A model generated the notes under the pieces. It was not told the DNA's origin, made no database searches, and saw nothing but the letters and a program-made list of their open reading frames with translations. A stretch of DNA of 64,000 nucleotides from an uncultured delta proteobacterium. GTDB taxonomy: Bacteria > Desulfobacterota > Binatia > UBA9968. The DNA lies in contig CAWDPO010000040.1 in NCBI GenBank assembly GCA_963804165.1, positions 96,001-160,000 of the forward strand, given 5' to 3'. Positions 42,101 to 51,270 of the stretch are shown in pieces. The position numbers and the translations under genes are program-made. Within the stretch, counting starts at the first letter, position 1. Every line of letters begins with the position of its first letter.

Positions 42101-45100
42101 TTGTTGCCCATGAGCACTGCAGATGAAGGTCGGAGCGTAGCGTCCGAGTACAAGATACAGCTGGCCAGTTCCTGAAAGAGGTAGGCCTCATCGGCGTTAA
42201 TTCCTATATGATGCAGCTGGACCTGGGCCTGTGTCCACGCTAGCGTCGCGGCTCGCTCAAATGTTGCTGAATTGTTGTATTCGTCGGCTAGGGCGATCGC
42301 TTCGTCGCGCGATGACGCGATGAGAGTCGAGAACGTGACCCGCGCGGAGTCTCCCGGCGCGAGCCGTACACGGCGCCTGAGACTCACAATCGGGTCGAGC
42401 ACCGCGCCAACCGTGTTAGAGAGTGGAAGTCCATCGATGACAGACGTCGGCGTTCGGATGCTGCGACCGTGGCCGAGAAACCGTGCGCGGTCGGTTTCGT
42501 ATTCCATCTCGCCCACGGCTTCTCCTTCGGCAACGACCACGTGCACCACCCAGACTTGGGGCTCGCCGTGAGATCTTGGCCGGCGCGTGGCGAGCAGAGC
42601 GCCGAGATCGGCGAGATATTCCGTCTGAATAAACAGATTGGAAAAAGCCGGGTGAGCCGCATCCGCTGCCGGAGGCGCCAGGACGATTTCGGCGTACGAT
42701 GTCAACTCGATCTCCCGGGTTCGTGCGCCGAGATTCGTGATCGATACCCGGCGCACTTCCGCGTCGTGCGCGGGCGGAACCACGACTTCAAGCGTGGTCC
42801 CAATTGCGCCATCGCGGCGCCGTATCTCGACGTGATCCTCGGAAAAAGTGACTTCATAGCTATCCGGCTCGACGCCGCTTGGCTGGTATGCAGCCGACCA
42901 GACCTGGCCGCTGGATCTGTCGCGCAGGAAAAAATACGTCCCCCAGACGTCACGCGTGCGGTCTTCCCGCCAACGTGTAACTGAAAGGTTGCGCCAGTGA
43001 CTGTAGCCGGAACCCGCGGTGGTGACCATCACCGAATATCGTCCGTTGGAGAGAAGGTGGATGGCGGGATTCGCGTCGTGCGGAGAGTTGAAGCGACGCA
43101 ACACCGGTGGAACAAGATCGCGAACGTTTGCAACGGCCCGCACCTCCTCGACCCTCGGCCGCGTCACCAAGACGTCACGTGGAGTGCGTTCCTGGAGCAG
43201 CAACTCAGTGGCGCGCATGCGCGGCTCGTTGTGGAAACGCGCGCGCATCACGCCGTCGTGGAGCACGTTTGCGAGTGCCACGAGCGACATCCCCTGGTGA
43301 TGCGCCATATAGGCGTGCACGACGGCAACTTCTTGGTTCTCGGGGACGCGCGTGGCGGTGTAGTCGAGCGCTTCGTAAAAACCAAAGCGGCCGCTCGCGC
43401 CAGCCTCGGCGAGACGTGCGAAATTCTGTGCCGCGGTTTTTGCGTCAATCATCGCCGCCAGCGCTGTCGCGTAGGGCGCGATGACCACATCTTCACTCAG
43501 GCCGCGTTTGAGGCCTAAGCCTGGCACGCCAAAATTCGAGTACTGGTAGGTCAGCTCCAGATCGCGCGCGTTGTAGGCCGATTCCGAGACTCCCCACGGA
43601 ACGCCACGCTCGATTCCATACTTCCTCTGACGGCGAACGACGAGAAAACAGGTTTGCCCTATTAGGCTCTCCGACGGCGAACGCATCACAAGAGCGGGCA
43701 TGAGATACTCGAACATCGAGCCCGACCAGGAAACCAGCGCAGACCCGCGATCGACGGGCGTCAAAGCGCGACCGAGGTGAAACCAATGCGCCGAAGGTAC
43801 GTCGCCCTTTGCGATGGCGATAAAGCTTGTAAGCCGCGCCTCCGAGGCAAGCAGATCGTAACAACTCGGATCGAGGCTGTTGTCGGAAACGCGATAGCCG
43901 ATCGCAAAGAGTTTTCGTGTTGGATCGAAGAGGAAACCAAAATCCATCTGGTCGAATATCGTCTGCGTGAGTTGGCCGAGAGTCGAGAGGCGGCGAACCA
44001 GCGCTTCGCAGGCTGTGGTAGAACTGGCGAGCCCCTCTATAATCACATCGATTCGCGCAAGGGCATCGCTCTGTGCGGCGCTGTCCTTTCTCAAATGTTC
44101 GCGTAGTTTAGTGAGTTCACTTATGGCGCCTTCGCAGCGGTCCGGCGCATCGGCTAAGGTAGGGACCGAGGGAAAAAAGCGCTCTACCGCTCTTGAAACC
44201 AAATCTTGTTCGGGGATCGTTACAGGATTTATGCGAGCCTTGCCAAAGACAAGCCGCGCCCAGGGGATCGCCTCGTCGATATCGCGTGCATGACTTTCAA
44301 TGGCCGCTCGCACAGCCTCCGCCCAGATGACCAATTCCCCCTCGGCGCTCTCACCTCGTTCTGTGGTCAGTGTGCGCGCAATGTCCGCCATGGTTTGAGC
44401 GCGGCTCACGAGCTCAGTAAGCCGCACGATCCAATCGCGTGGAGTCATGGGGACTGAATTCAGAGCAGTGGTTAGGGCATTGAGCGCTTCGTCCAAGTGT
44501 TTCCGTGTGACTGTTTGGGTGCGCCGGTCATCAACGATCGAGCGCAGGGATTCGCGAAGGAGGATGATGGCATCGGCGATCCCAGAGAGCGCATGCGGGC
44601 CGAGCAGCGGGCGGTCGATCATCTCTTGGCAGGCCTGTCCTAGCGTGATGAGGTGACCGGCAAGATTTCCACTATCGACCGAAGATATATATTTAGGATC
44701 GAGTGGACGGAGGTCCCGCGTATCGTACCAGTTATAGAAGTGGCCGCGGAAACGCTCGAGGTCTTTCATCGTGCCCAGCGTCGCTTCGAGCCGCTCGACT
44801 GCGGCAACCGTGCCGAGCCACCCGAAATCGTGCGCGGCAACAATGGAGAGAAGATATAGCCCGAGGTTAGTGGGTGACGTGCGATGGGCCACAACCGGCG
44901 TCGGCTGCTCCTGAAAATTATCGGGCGGAAGCGCGTGGTCCTCCGCGCCGACAAACGTCTCGAAGAATCGCCAGGTCCGCCGCGCAGTCAAGCGGAGCGT
45001 ACGCACGTCATCCTCGGCGAGGGGTTGAGCCGCAGGCGCGTGCGCCGGCAGACTAATCCAATAAGTCACCATGGGCGATAGAGCCCAGAGAAGAACGAAC

Positions 45101-48051
45101 GGCGCCACGATCGGCCAAACTTCCGGCGCATGGAACACAACAAGGATGCCTACGGTGACCGCAAGCGCTACCGTGCCGTTCATGCGCTGATAGCAGCCTG
45201 TGAGGCTGAGATCGAAAACGGATTTCGCTTGCGCTGCCGTCACCCACTCGAGGAGATTTCGGCGGGTCACATAGACGCGCGAGAGAGTCCGGACGATCGC
45301 GTCGGTCATCAACCATGCCTGATCGGCAAGTAATGTCACCGTGAGTCCGACGTGTGACGCGGCAAGCATGAGGTCCGTACCGACTGCCCGTACATGGCTG
45401 CGTTTTGAAATCCCGCGACGATGCGGGATAGCAGCAAAGAATACGTGTAAAAGGGACGGAATGGCGATACATGCGAATACGAACGTCGTCCACATCAAAG
45501 GTGAAGCGAACGGCAGCGTCCAACCGGCAATCAAGGTGACAAACGCAGCCGGGGCAAACAACGTGCGTCGAAGATTATCGAGCATTTTCCACCGGCCGAT
45601 CAGCGGAATAGAGGCACGGATTGGATCGCGGTTGGTGTCCGATGAACGTCCAATGATCCACGGCAACAACTGCCAATCACCGCGCGCCCAGCGATGCTGG
45701 CGCACCACGGCGACCTCGTAGTGTGAGGGAAACTCCTCGAAGAATTCGATATCGGTGACGAGTCCCGAGCGCGCAAAGATACCTTCATAAAGGTCATGAC
45801 TTAATAAGGAATTCTCCGGCACCCTTCCAGCAAGGGCAGCTTCGAATGCGTCGACATCGTAAACGCCTTTCCCGGTGTAAGAGCCCTCGCCGAAAAGGTC
45901 CTGGTAGACGTCGGACACAGCCGTAGCGTAAGGGTCAATGCCAGCCGGCCCCGAGGAAATCCGCTGGTAAAGAGAGCCCTCACGATCAGTTGGAAGCGTC
46001 GGCGTGACACGCGGTTGAAGCAAAGCGTAGCCCTCAATGACTCGGCCCGCACAAGGATCAAACCGAGGCCGATTAAGGGGATGTGCCATCGTACCTACCA
46101 ATCGGCAGGCGCTCCCTCTCGGCAGGCGGGTGTCAGAATCCAGTGTAATGACGTAGCGGATACTAGACGGCGCGATAGGCGCTTTATCGCCTGTTGGCAG
46201 GAAGGACGTGTCCGTGGCACCGCGCAACAAGCGATTCAGTTCATGAAGCTTACCGCGTTTGCGTTCCCAGCCGATCCACTTGCCCTCGCTTTCATTCCAT
46301 CGACGCCGGCGATGGAAAAGGAAAAATCGCTGGCCCCCATCTGGCGCTGGACCATGGCGGCGATTCAGTTGCGCGATACCATAGGCGCTCGTGGCTAAGA
46401 TCTCGTCGTCTCCCGGCATGTCTTCCTGCGGTGCATCTGTCCAGTCGGTTAGAAGCGCGAAACGAAGATCGCCATCTGAATTTGCCAGATAGTGCACTTC
46501 CAGCCGCTCGATCTGCTCCGCAATCTGAGCAGTGTCGATGAGGAGAGTCGGAACGACAACCAAGGTTCGAAGATCCGCCGGCACTCCATCACGGAGCGCG
46601 AGCCTCGGTAGCGTGCGTGGCCCGAGAAGCGAGGTGACCTCACGGTTGACTAATGCGATCGCGAGTTCCGAAGCCGGTATAAGCGCTAGAAGCCCGGCTA
46701 ATAACAGACCCGCAATTCCAACGTGCCCTGCGCCAGAATTGAACAGAAACAAAGTCAGGATGACACCGCTGACAATTGCAATGGTTGCAAGGTACCGAGA
46801 CGTCGCGTTAGTCACATAGGCGCGTCGAAGCCTAGTCTTGATCGACATGCGAAAGCCGATTTCCCGCTCGAAGGCGACACGCCCATTGGCGATGAGATAA
46901 TAGCCGGGATCCGCGCGGCGTTCCGTGTTTGGGTCGCTGACCCCTTGGGATTCACTTCTGAACTGGCTCGCTTGAAAAACCGCCCGGCGGGCAATTTCAC
47001 CCTCGTCGTGCGTTGAACGCCGCGAGAGTTCTTCAATTGCATCCCTATAACGATCTCGTGTCACGAAGTCCGGTTCGGCAAAGCCCGTATCGGTCCAAAG
47101 GATTGCGTCGACAAGACTCACGCTTTCGAAGAAATCCGCCCAGTCGAAGGCGGAGATCAGACGCATGCTGGTGATCACGTTGCGCACGGTTACGTTCATC
47201 GCAGCCTGCCGCTGATGCTCGACTCGGACAGTCTCATCAGACGTTGTGCCTTGAGCTGCCAGCTTTTCTTCTATCCAACGAAGTGCCGGTGTGACTACCG
47301 GGTCTTGGTCGCGCAGCCGCTGGACAAGTTGCACCGCAAAGGCCGTCGTTAACGAAACGCGCTCGAACGGCCGTAGAACCGTCGCCGCGGGCTCGATTGA
47401 ATTGCCGCCAAGTCCGAGGAGGCGGTCGGCCACGGCGTCGGCCGCCTGGCGCGCCGCTCTGTCATGCACCATTCGCTCCGCTAAGCGCCGTAGATTTTCA
47501 ACGAGCACCACTCTCAGATTAATCGCTACCGCCCAGAGCTCGCCAATTGTTAACGGTTGCACACGTTGGTAGGCGCGCACGAACCGACGAAGCATTTCAG
47601 GGTCGAATCGGCTGTCGGTATGGGCGACGAACGCCCACGCCAAGCCAAAGACCCGCGGATAACCTTGAAGGTGGCCCTCTGCCAGCTTAGGGAGTTCTCG
47701 GTAGTAGCCGGACGGGAGATCGTCGTGGATCTCACGCAGCTGTTCGTCGACGATGTGATAATTGTCGACCAGCCACTCTGCCGCAGGTGTGATCGCACGC
47801 TCCTCCCGAATTGCCTGCGCGATTGCGCGATATGCTTTGAGGAGCACGCGTCCGTTATCTAGCACGCGGGGCAATAATGGACGACCCTTTCGCGGAGTGG
47901 TCGTGACGCGTTGTGCGGCGGCGAGGCTCTCACCGTGCTGCTCAAGACGCTCTCCGCTGAAAAGTTCAGCCCGAATCGGTTCTTCGAGCGGCGGAAGGGC
48001 GATAGCCTCTAAATGCTTCTTGCGTAGGTTCGGAGAAAATAACGATTCCAA
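39199..48051 (-). CDS. cgs: Cyclic beta-1,2-glucan synthase (NdvB/ChvB/Cgs) with GH94 phosphorylase domain
   Basis: 2950 aa; GWERKRGKL, LSHDLYEG, HRWARGDWQL, PDNFQE, SWSGSMFEYLMP, GFRDQLQD, GDWNDGMN, RENGG, GGWTWYTGSA. Confidence 0.92.
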   Translation of the reverse strand: MESLFSPNLRKKHLEAIALPPLEEPIRAELFSGERLEQHGESLAAAQRVTTTPRKGRPLLPRVLDNGRVLLKAYRAIAQAIREERAITPAAEWLVDNYHIVDEQLREIHDDLPSGYYRELPKLAEGHLQGYPRVFGLAWAFVAHTDSRFDPEMLRRFVRAYQRVQPLTIGELWAVAINLRVVLVENLRRLAERMVHDRAARQAADAVADRLLGLGGNSIEPAATVLRPFERVSLTTAFAVQLVQRLRDQDPVVTPALRWIEEKLAAQGTTSDETVRVEHQRQAAMNVTVRNVITSMRLISAFDWADFFESVSLVDAILWTDTGFAEPDFVTRDRYRDAIEELSRRSTHDEGEIARRAVFQASQFRSESQGVSDPNTERRADPGYYLIANGRVAFEREIGFRMSIKTRLRRAYVTNATSRYLATIAIVSGVILTLFLFNSGAGHVGIAGLLLAGLLALIPASELAIALVNREVTSLLGPRTLPRLALRDGVPADLRTLVVVPTLLIDTAQIAEQIERLEVHYLANSDGDLRFALLTDWTDAPQEDMPGDDEILATSAYGIAQLNRRHGPAPDGGQRFFLFHRRRRWNESEGKWIGWERKRGKLHELNRLLRGATDTSFLPTGDKAPIAPSSIRYVITLDSDTRLPRGSACRLVGTMAHPLNRPRFDPCAGRVIEGYALLQPRVTPTLPTDREGSLYQRISSGPAGIDPYATAVSDVYQDLFGEGSYTGKGVYDVDAFEAALAGRVPENSLLSHDLYEGIFARSGLVTDIEFFEEFPSHYEVAVVRQHRWARGDWQLLPWIIGRSSDTNRDPIRASIPLIGRWKMLDNLRRTLFAPAAFVTLIAGWTLPFASPLMWTTFVFACIAIPSLLHVFFAAIPHRRGISKRSHVRAVGTDLMLAASHVGLTVTLLADQAWLMTDAIVRTLSRVYVTRRNLLEWVTAAQAKSVFDLSLTGCYQRMNGTVALAVTVGILVVFHAPEVWPIVAPFVLLWALSPMVTYWISLPAHAPAAQPLAEDDVRTLRLTARRTWRFFETFVGAEDHALPPDNFQEQPTPVVAHRTSPTNLGLYLLSIVAAHDFGWLGTVAAVERLEATLGTMKDLERFRGHFYNWYDTRDLRPLDPKYISSVDSGNLAGHLITLGQACQEMIDRPLLGPHALSGIADAIILLRESLRSIVDDRRTQTVTRKHLDEALNALTTALNSVPMTPRDWIVRLTELVSRAQTMADIARTLTTERGESAEGELVIWAEAVRAAIESHARDIDEAIPWARLVFGKARINPVTIPEQDLVSRAVERFFPSVPTLADAPDRCEGAISELTKLREHLRKDSAAQSDALARIDVIIEGLASSTTACEALVRRLSTLGQLTQTIFDQMDFGFLFDPTRKLFAIGYRVSDNSLDPSCYDLLASEARLTSFIAIAKGDVPSAHWFHLGRALTPVDRGSALVSWSGSMFEYLMPALVMRSPSESLIGQTCFLVVRRQRKYGIERGVPWGVSESAYNARDLELTYQYSNFGVPGLGLKRGLSEDVVIAPYATALAAMIDAKTAAQNFARLAEAGASGRFGFYEALDYTATRVPENQEVAVVHAYMAHHQGMSLVALANVLHDGVMRARFHNEPRMRATELLLQERTPRDVLVTRPRVEEVRAVANVRDLVPPVLRRFNSPHDANPAIHLLSNGRYSVMVTTAGSGYSHWRNLSVTRWREDRTRDVWGTYFFLRDRSSGQVWSAAYQPSGVEPDSYEVTFSEDHVEIRRRDGAIGTTLEVVVPPAHDAEVRRVSITNLGARTREIELTSYAEIVLAPPAADAAHPAFSNLFIQTEYLADLGALLATRRPRSHGEPQVWVVHVVVAEGEAVGEMEYETDRARFLGHGRSIRTPTSVIDGLPLSNTVGAVLDPIVSLRRRVRLAPGDSARVTFSTLIASSRDEAIALADEYNNSATFERAATLAWTQAQVQLHHIGINADEAYLFQELASCILYSDATLRPSSAVLMGNNQGPPGLWRHGISGDLPIVLIRIDDAEDQNIVRQLLRAHEYWRMKQLAVDLVILNEQASSYAQNLQEALESQVRASQSRLQQEGQDSFGSVFILRGDLISAEDRTLLQTAARAVLLSRRGSLAEQVERQQRAPTPAIPPPLRPPETKSSDVSPERPDLEFFNGLGGFTADGREYMTILGEGQWTPAPWINVIANPSFGFQVSESGSGYTWSLNSRENQLTPWSNDPVTDPSGETIYVRDEDTGDLWSPTVLPIREAAWPYTARHGQGYSRFEHTSHGVALDLLQFVSLSDPIKISRLTVENRSDRSRRLCVTAYVEWVLGVSRSGSAPFIITEIDKETGAMFARNAWNSEFAGRVAFADMSGRQTAWTGDRTEFFGRNGTSDHPASLERGDRFSGRVGAGLDPCAALQTTVELSAGGRAEIVFFLGEAATSEQARKLVALYRGVDLDETLRAVIKHWDDILGTVQVATPDRSLNLMLNRWLLYQTLACRVWSRSAFYQAGGAYGFRDQLQDVIALTVAQRDIARAQIVRAAARQFVEGDVQHWWHPPSGRGVRTRVSDDLLWLPYVVIQYLEVTNEIALLDEIVPFLDGPVLALGQEDSYFEPHVSAQTGTLFEHCARALDRSLAVGRHGLPLIGTGDWNDGMNRVGSAGSGESVWLGWFLHTILWEFARLAQARGEHPRAEKWRLHVSALKASLEREAWDGEWYRRAYFDDGTPLGSTENAECRIDSIAQSWGVISGAAEPARGARAMAAVEKHLVRRAEGLAVLFTPPFDHASPDPGYIKGYPPGIRENGGHYTHGAIWSVLAFAALGEGDKAGELFSLLNPINHSNTRAGVSRYKVEPYVVAGDIYAEPSHVGRGGWTWYTGSAGWMYRAGIEWILGVRLRGTRLHLDPCIQRAWRNFRITFRYQSSRYEIVVENPHGVMRGVSSIEFDGVRMASGSMYIQLADDGATHRVRVVLGAENSHAPR

Positions 48052-48427
48052 CCAAATACCTCAGCACGGTCCATCCCGCCGCGCGCATACCCATGCTATC
48101 GGGCTTCAGGGCCCTCGGGACCAGATCCTGCGGTGGGAAAACTAACAGCAAGTGGGTTTTCCGAAACAGAGACACATTCACGTCTCAGTCTCGCCCTAGC
48201 GGCGTCTCCTTGCTCAACCGCACCAGTCGAAGAATCTGTGCGCAAATCCTGTACCATCCTCGCAATTCTTAAACGCCACTTCTTAGTCCAAGCACCTCTA
48301 TATTTCTGTATGTCATTCACCTAATCCTGCTTTCTCTTGTAGGTCAAATCAAGTCGACTTGTTGTCGCGCGATGGCTGCCCGGCGAAAAACCTAGCGACC
48401 ACGCTGCACAGTAACGCGTGCAATCTT

Positions 48428-48442
48428 TGGCATGTTGGTTGC
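48428..48442 (+). promoter_or_regulatory. sigma54 promoter (TGGCATGTTGGTTGC), duplicate of 24396
   Basis: Consensus; part of a ~92-bp cassette homologous to 24320-24412. Confidence 0.7.
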
Positions 48443-48927
48443 TCTGCTCCTTTAGTACTTTTGATTTCTGAAACCAGCCATCTTGAAAATCTAAGTATGG
48501 TGACTTGGTCGTTATTCAGATCGCAGCGCCATTTCATTCGTCAATTTTGGTTTGTGGTCAAACTTGCTCAGTACCACGGGGTGGCGTGCTCGATCACGAG
48601 CGTGAAGCGAAACGAATTGTCGACCGTTAAGAGGGGTCCGCGGATAGATGAGCGACCGATAGACGGCAATCTATCTATATACATAGGAGGCAGCGATGAA
48701 CGACGACATTCTTACAGGGCGGTCGTCATAGCCAGCGGTTTTTTAGAGGCGGAGAAAAGAAACCCTACAGGCTTGATGAACTATTAGAGGTTTTTCGCAG
48801 CTTGTTCGACAATGAGTAGAGGGCGAATTTTCGTTCACCATGGTAACGGCTGCGGAATGTCGTTGGTAGAGACCGCTCTCGTTTCGCTGTTTGTATCATG
48901 GGATACAGTATGACTAGGCTCAGAATC

Positions 48928-49185
48928 ATGGACGAACATCTCACCATTATCATGACTCTTAACCGTTACAATCTGTTTGTGGAGAAACTAGACCCAGCGT
49001 CGCGAGCGTATGAGATCATGAAAAATGCCTCCATTGAGCGCAGTGATTCCAAAGATCACTACGTGGGCGCAATGAGGATTGCCTGCCGATCGGACGAGGC
49101 TGATATGCTTCTCAATCAGGCAAACAGAGTCTGCCCCGAGGCAGCCCCGGACATCGCGACCGCGATCGATTCCATCGACAAATAG
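48928..49185 (+). CDS. Uncharacterised ~85-aa protein (family paralog 3)
   Basis: YEIMKNASIER...IACRSDEADMLL.QANRVCPEAAPDIA aligns by eye with 19888-20142. Confidence 0.7.
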   Translation: MDEHLTIIMTLNRYNLFVEKLDPASRAYEIMKNASIERSDSKDHYVGAMRIACRSDEADMLLNQANRVCPEAAPDIATAIDSIDK

Positions 49186-49381
49186 GGTCATTGCCGCCTT
49201 CCTCTTTTTTCTATTGCCGTCAGAGATCGAGCAGGCCGCAGTCAAAGATTTCCTGCCGAAGCCCTACAGTCTGGATAAGGTGGTCAAAACACTCCATCGT
49301 GCCAGTGGTTGACCGAGGAGTTCCACGAGAGACTTCCCTGGCGTAGTGAAGTTGCCTTGAAATCACCCAAGCCGAGGCGCG

Positions 49382-49744
49382 TTATGCGGCGAGCAGTTCA
49401 CTAAGCACATTTTTTAGTTTCGCAATATCTAGCGGTTTTTTAAGATAGTTTATCGCTCCGTATTTCATGGAGCTGTCTCTTGTGCCCATCGCGGGATAAC
49501 CCGTCATCATAATCACTTGAGTTGAAGGCGACCGCTTTTTGATTTCCACGAGCAGAGCCACACCATCGATCGGATACATATTAATATCGAGAATTGCGAC
49601 TCGAATGTCTTCTTGATCGACAAGATCTAGCGCTGCGTACGCGTTCTTTGCTGTTTTGACTTGATAGCCTTCCTTGGAAAGTATCCAATCCAGAAGCACT
49701 AACAAGTTTTCTTCGTCGTCGACGACGAGAATTGATGGGTCCGT
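49382..49744 (-). CDS. Single-domain response regulator (start appears as ACG)
   Basis: The frame extends upstream of the track start: DPSILVVDDEENLL...AILDINM..DG...MMTGY...YLKKP. Confidence 0.85.
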   Translation of the reverse strand, partial: TDPSILVVDDEENLLVLLDWILSKEGYQVKTAKNAYAALDLVDQEDIRVAILDINMYPIDGVALLVEIKKRSPSTQVIMMTGYPAMGTRDSSMKYGAINYLKKPLDIAKLKNVLSELLAA

Positions 49745-49798
49745 ATCTTACTTCCCTACAATCGATAGTGGCTAACGGTTTATTGGTTTCGTAATACA

Positions 49799-49813
49799 GC
49801 AATTCAGATGCCG
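49799..49813 (-). promoter_or_regulatory. Putative sigma54 promoter (CGGCATCTGAATTGC)
   Basis: GG-N10-GC ~55 bp upstream of the receiver gene. Confidence 0.65.
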
Positions 49814-50305
49814 AACGCTAACGAGTCTGATCACTCTCGCCCTAGGTGCGAAGAATAAACTGTCGGGAATATGCTGAGTGGAATACGGTGAATACCAGAA
49901 GCAAATCGACCAGAGGTTTTTTAGCTTTTAGATTCATGGATGAAAGGTAAAGTTCAATTTAACCCCCGCTTACTAGTGGCGGGGCGATAAGTTACGTAAG
50001 ATTCTCGAGACAATTACGAAGAGGCGCGTCGATCGATCATTGCAGCGATCTGTAATATGATTTCCAGTTTTCTGAAGTAATCCACACCTAGCGACCAAAA
50101 TTAACGCTATAACACCCAACCCTCTAGAATGATCGCATGACAGTAGATGCGATGCTTACGCCACTGCACTAGCAGTCGGCAAAATTCTACAAATCGTCGG
50201 CTTTAGCTCTACATATCTCCTCTAGAGGACGATCTGCATTTTGCGGGCATGAGCTCTATCTCGATTTTTACTCGCGTTTCGTGGTGTGATCCGAAGCTTA
50301 GTTCG

Positions 50306-50320
50306 TGGCATACAGCTTGC
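50306..50320 (+). promoter_or_regulatory. sigma54 promoter (TGGCATACAGCTTGC)
   Basis: Consensus, upstream of the CBS paralog 3-katE operon. Confidence 0.78.
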
Positions 50321-50370
50321 TCGATTTACCCAGTACTAAATCCGTGCGGAAGAAACTAAGGAGATGCTTT

Positions 50371-51204
50371 ATGCAGCTTAAAGATTTCGTCAACACTCGA
50401 GTAGAAACTGTTGAACCCAACGATACATTACAATGTGCTGCCGAAAAAATGAAAGAGTTGGATGTTGGGTCTTTGCCGGTCTGTGACAATGGCCATCTCG
50501 CCGGAGTGATTACGGATCGCGATATCATAGTCCGCGCGATTGCCCAAGGTAGCGATCCAGTAATCGTAATGGTGCGCGAAGTTATGACGCCCGAGGCTTT
50601 GTGGTGTTTTGAGGATGACGAGGTCGAAGAAGCCGCTCGGATCATGCAAGAGAATCAAGTGCGCCGAATAATGGTTCTCAACGATGCCAATGAGTTGGTC
50701 GGTATTACGTCGCTGGGCGAGTTAGCCACGGTCACGGGAAATCGCCTCTTAGCCGGCGAAACCCTCGAATCCGTTTCTGAGGACTCACGGGTTTCGCAAG
50801 CAGAAGACCCAGTCGAGTGGGAGTCCGAGGATAATTCGGACGTCGAAAGCGTCGGCGAATCTTCGCTGGAAACGAGAGTGACAGGCATTTTTCACGACCG
50901 CGAGTCTGCCAAAAAAACGATCGAGGAATTAAGAGACGCGGGATTTACGGATCGCGCAATTCTCATTGCGATGCACGATGAATCCGCTCAGGAAAGTTTC
51001 ATCGAGGAGACTCAAGTACAAGCCATAGCGCGCGAGGAAAATCCCAGCTTGCCCGATCTGAACTCTGGGCAGATCTTGATCGTGGTTGAAGCCGAGGAAC
51101 GCGTAGACGACGCTCTTGAAATACTCAATCGTAATCATGCGGTCACCGCTGGGGCTCGTATTCCCGCCCCATGCATGACAAAGGCGCCCTACGGGAAAAC
51201 ATGA
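50371..51204 (+). CDS. CBS-pair protein with C-terminal YflT-like domain (paralog 3)
   Basis: AAGGAG RBS; MQLKDFVN start matches the paralogs. Confidence 0.88.
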   Translation: MQLKDFVNTRVETVEPNDTLQCAAEKMKELDVGSLPVCDNGHLAGVITDRDIIVRAIAQGSDPVIVMVREVMTPEALWCFEDDEVEEAARIMQENQVRRIMVLNDANELVGITSLGELATVTGNRLLAGETLESVSEDSRVSQAEDPVEWESEDNSDVESVGESSLETRVTGIFHDRESAKKTIEELRDAGFTDRAILIAMHDESAQESFIEETQVQAIAREENPSLPDLNSGQILIVVEAEERVDDALEILNRNHAVTAGARIPAPCMTKAPYGKT

Positions 51205-51270
51205 ATTGTTAGCTGGACGATGTGCGAGTAAACCCTACGTTGGGTTGCAGCTACTTCAATAAGGATTTAT

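Noticed and set aside
39247-48145. Many short plus-strand ORFs within cgs
   Set aside because: GC-rich antisense or alternate-frame shadows of a well-supported gene.
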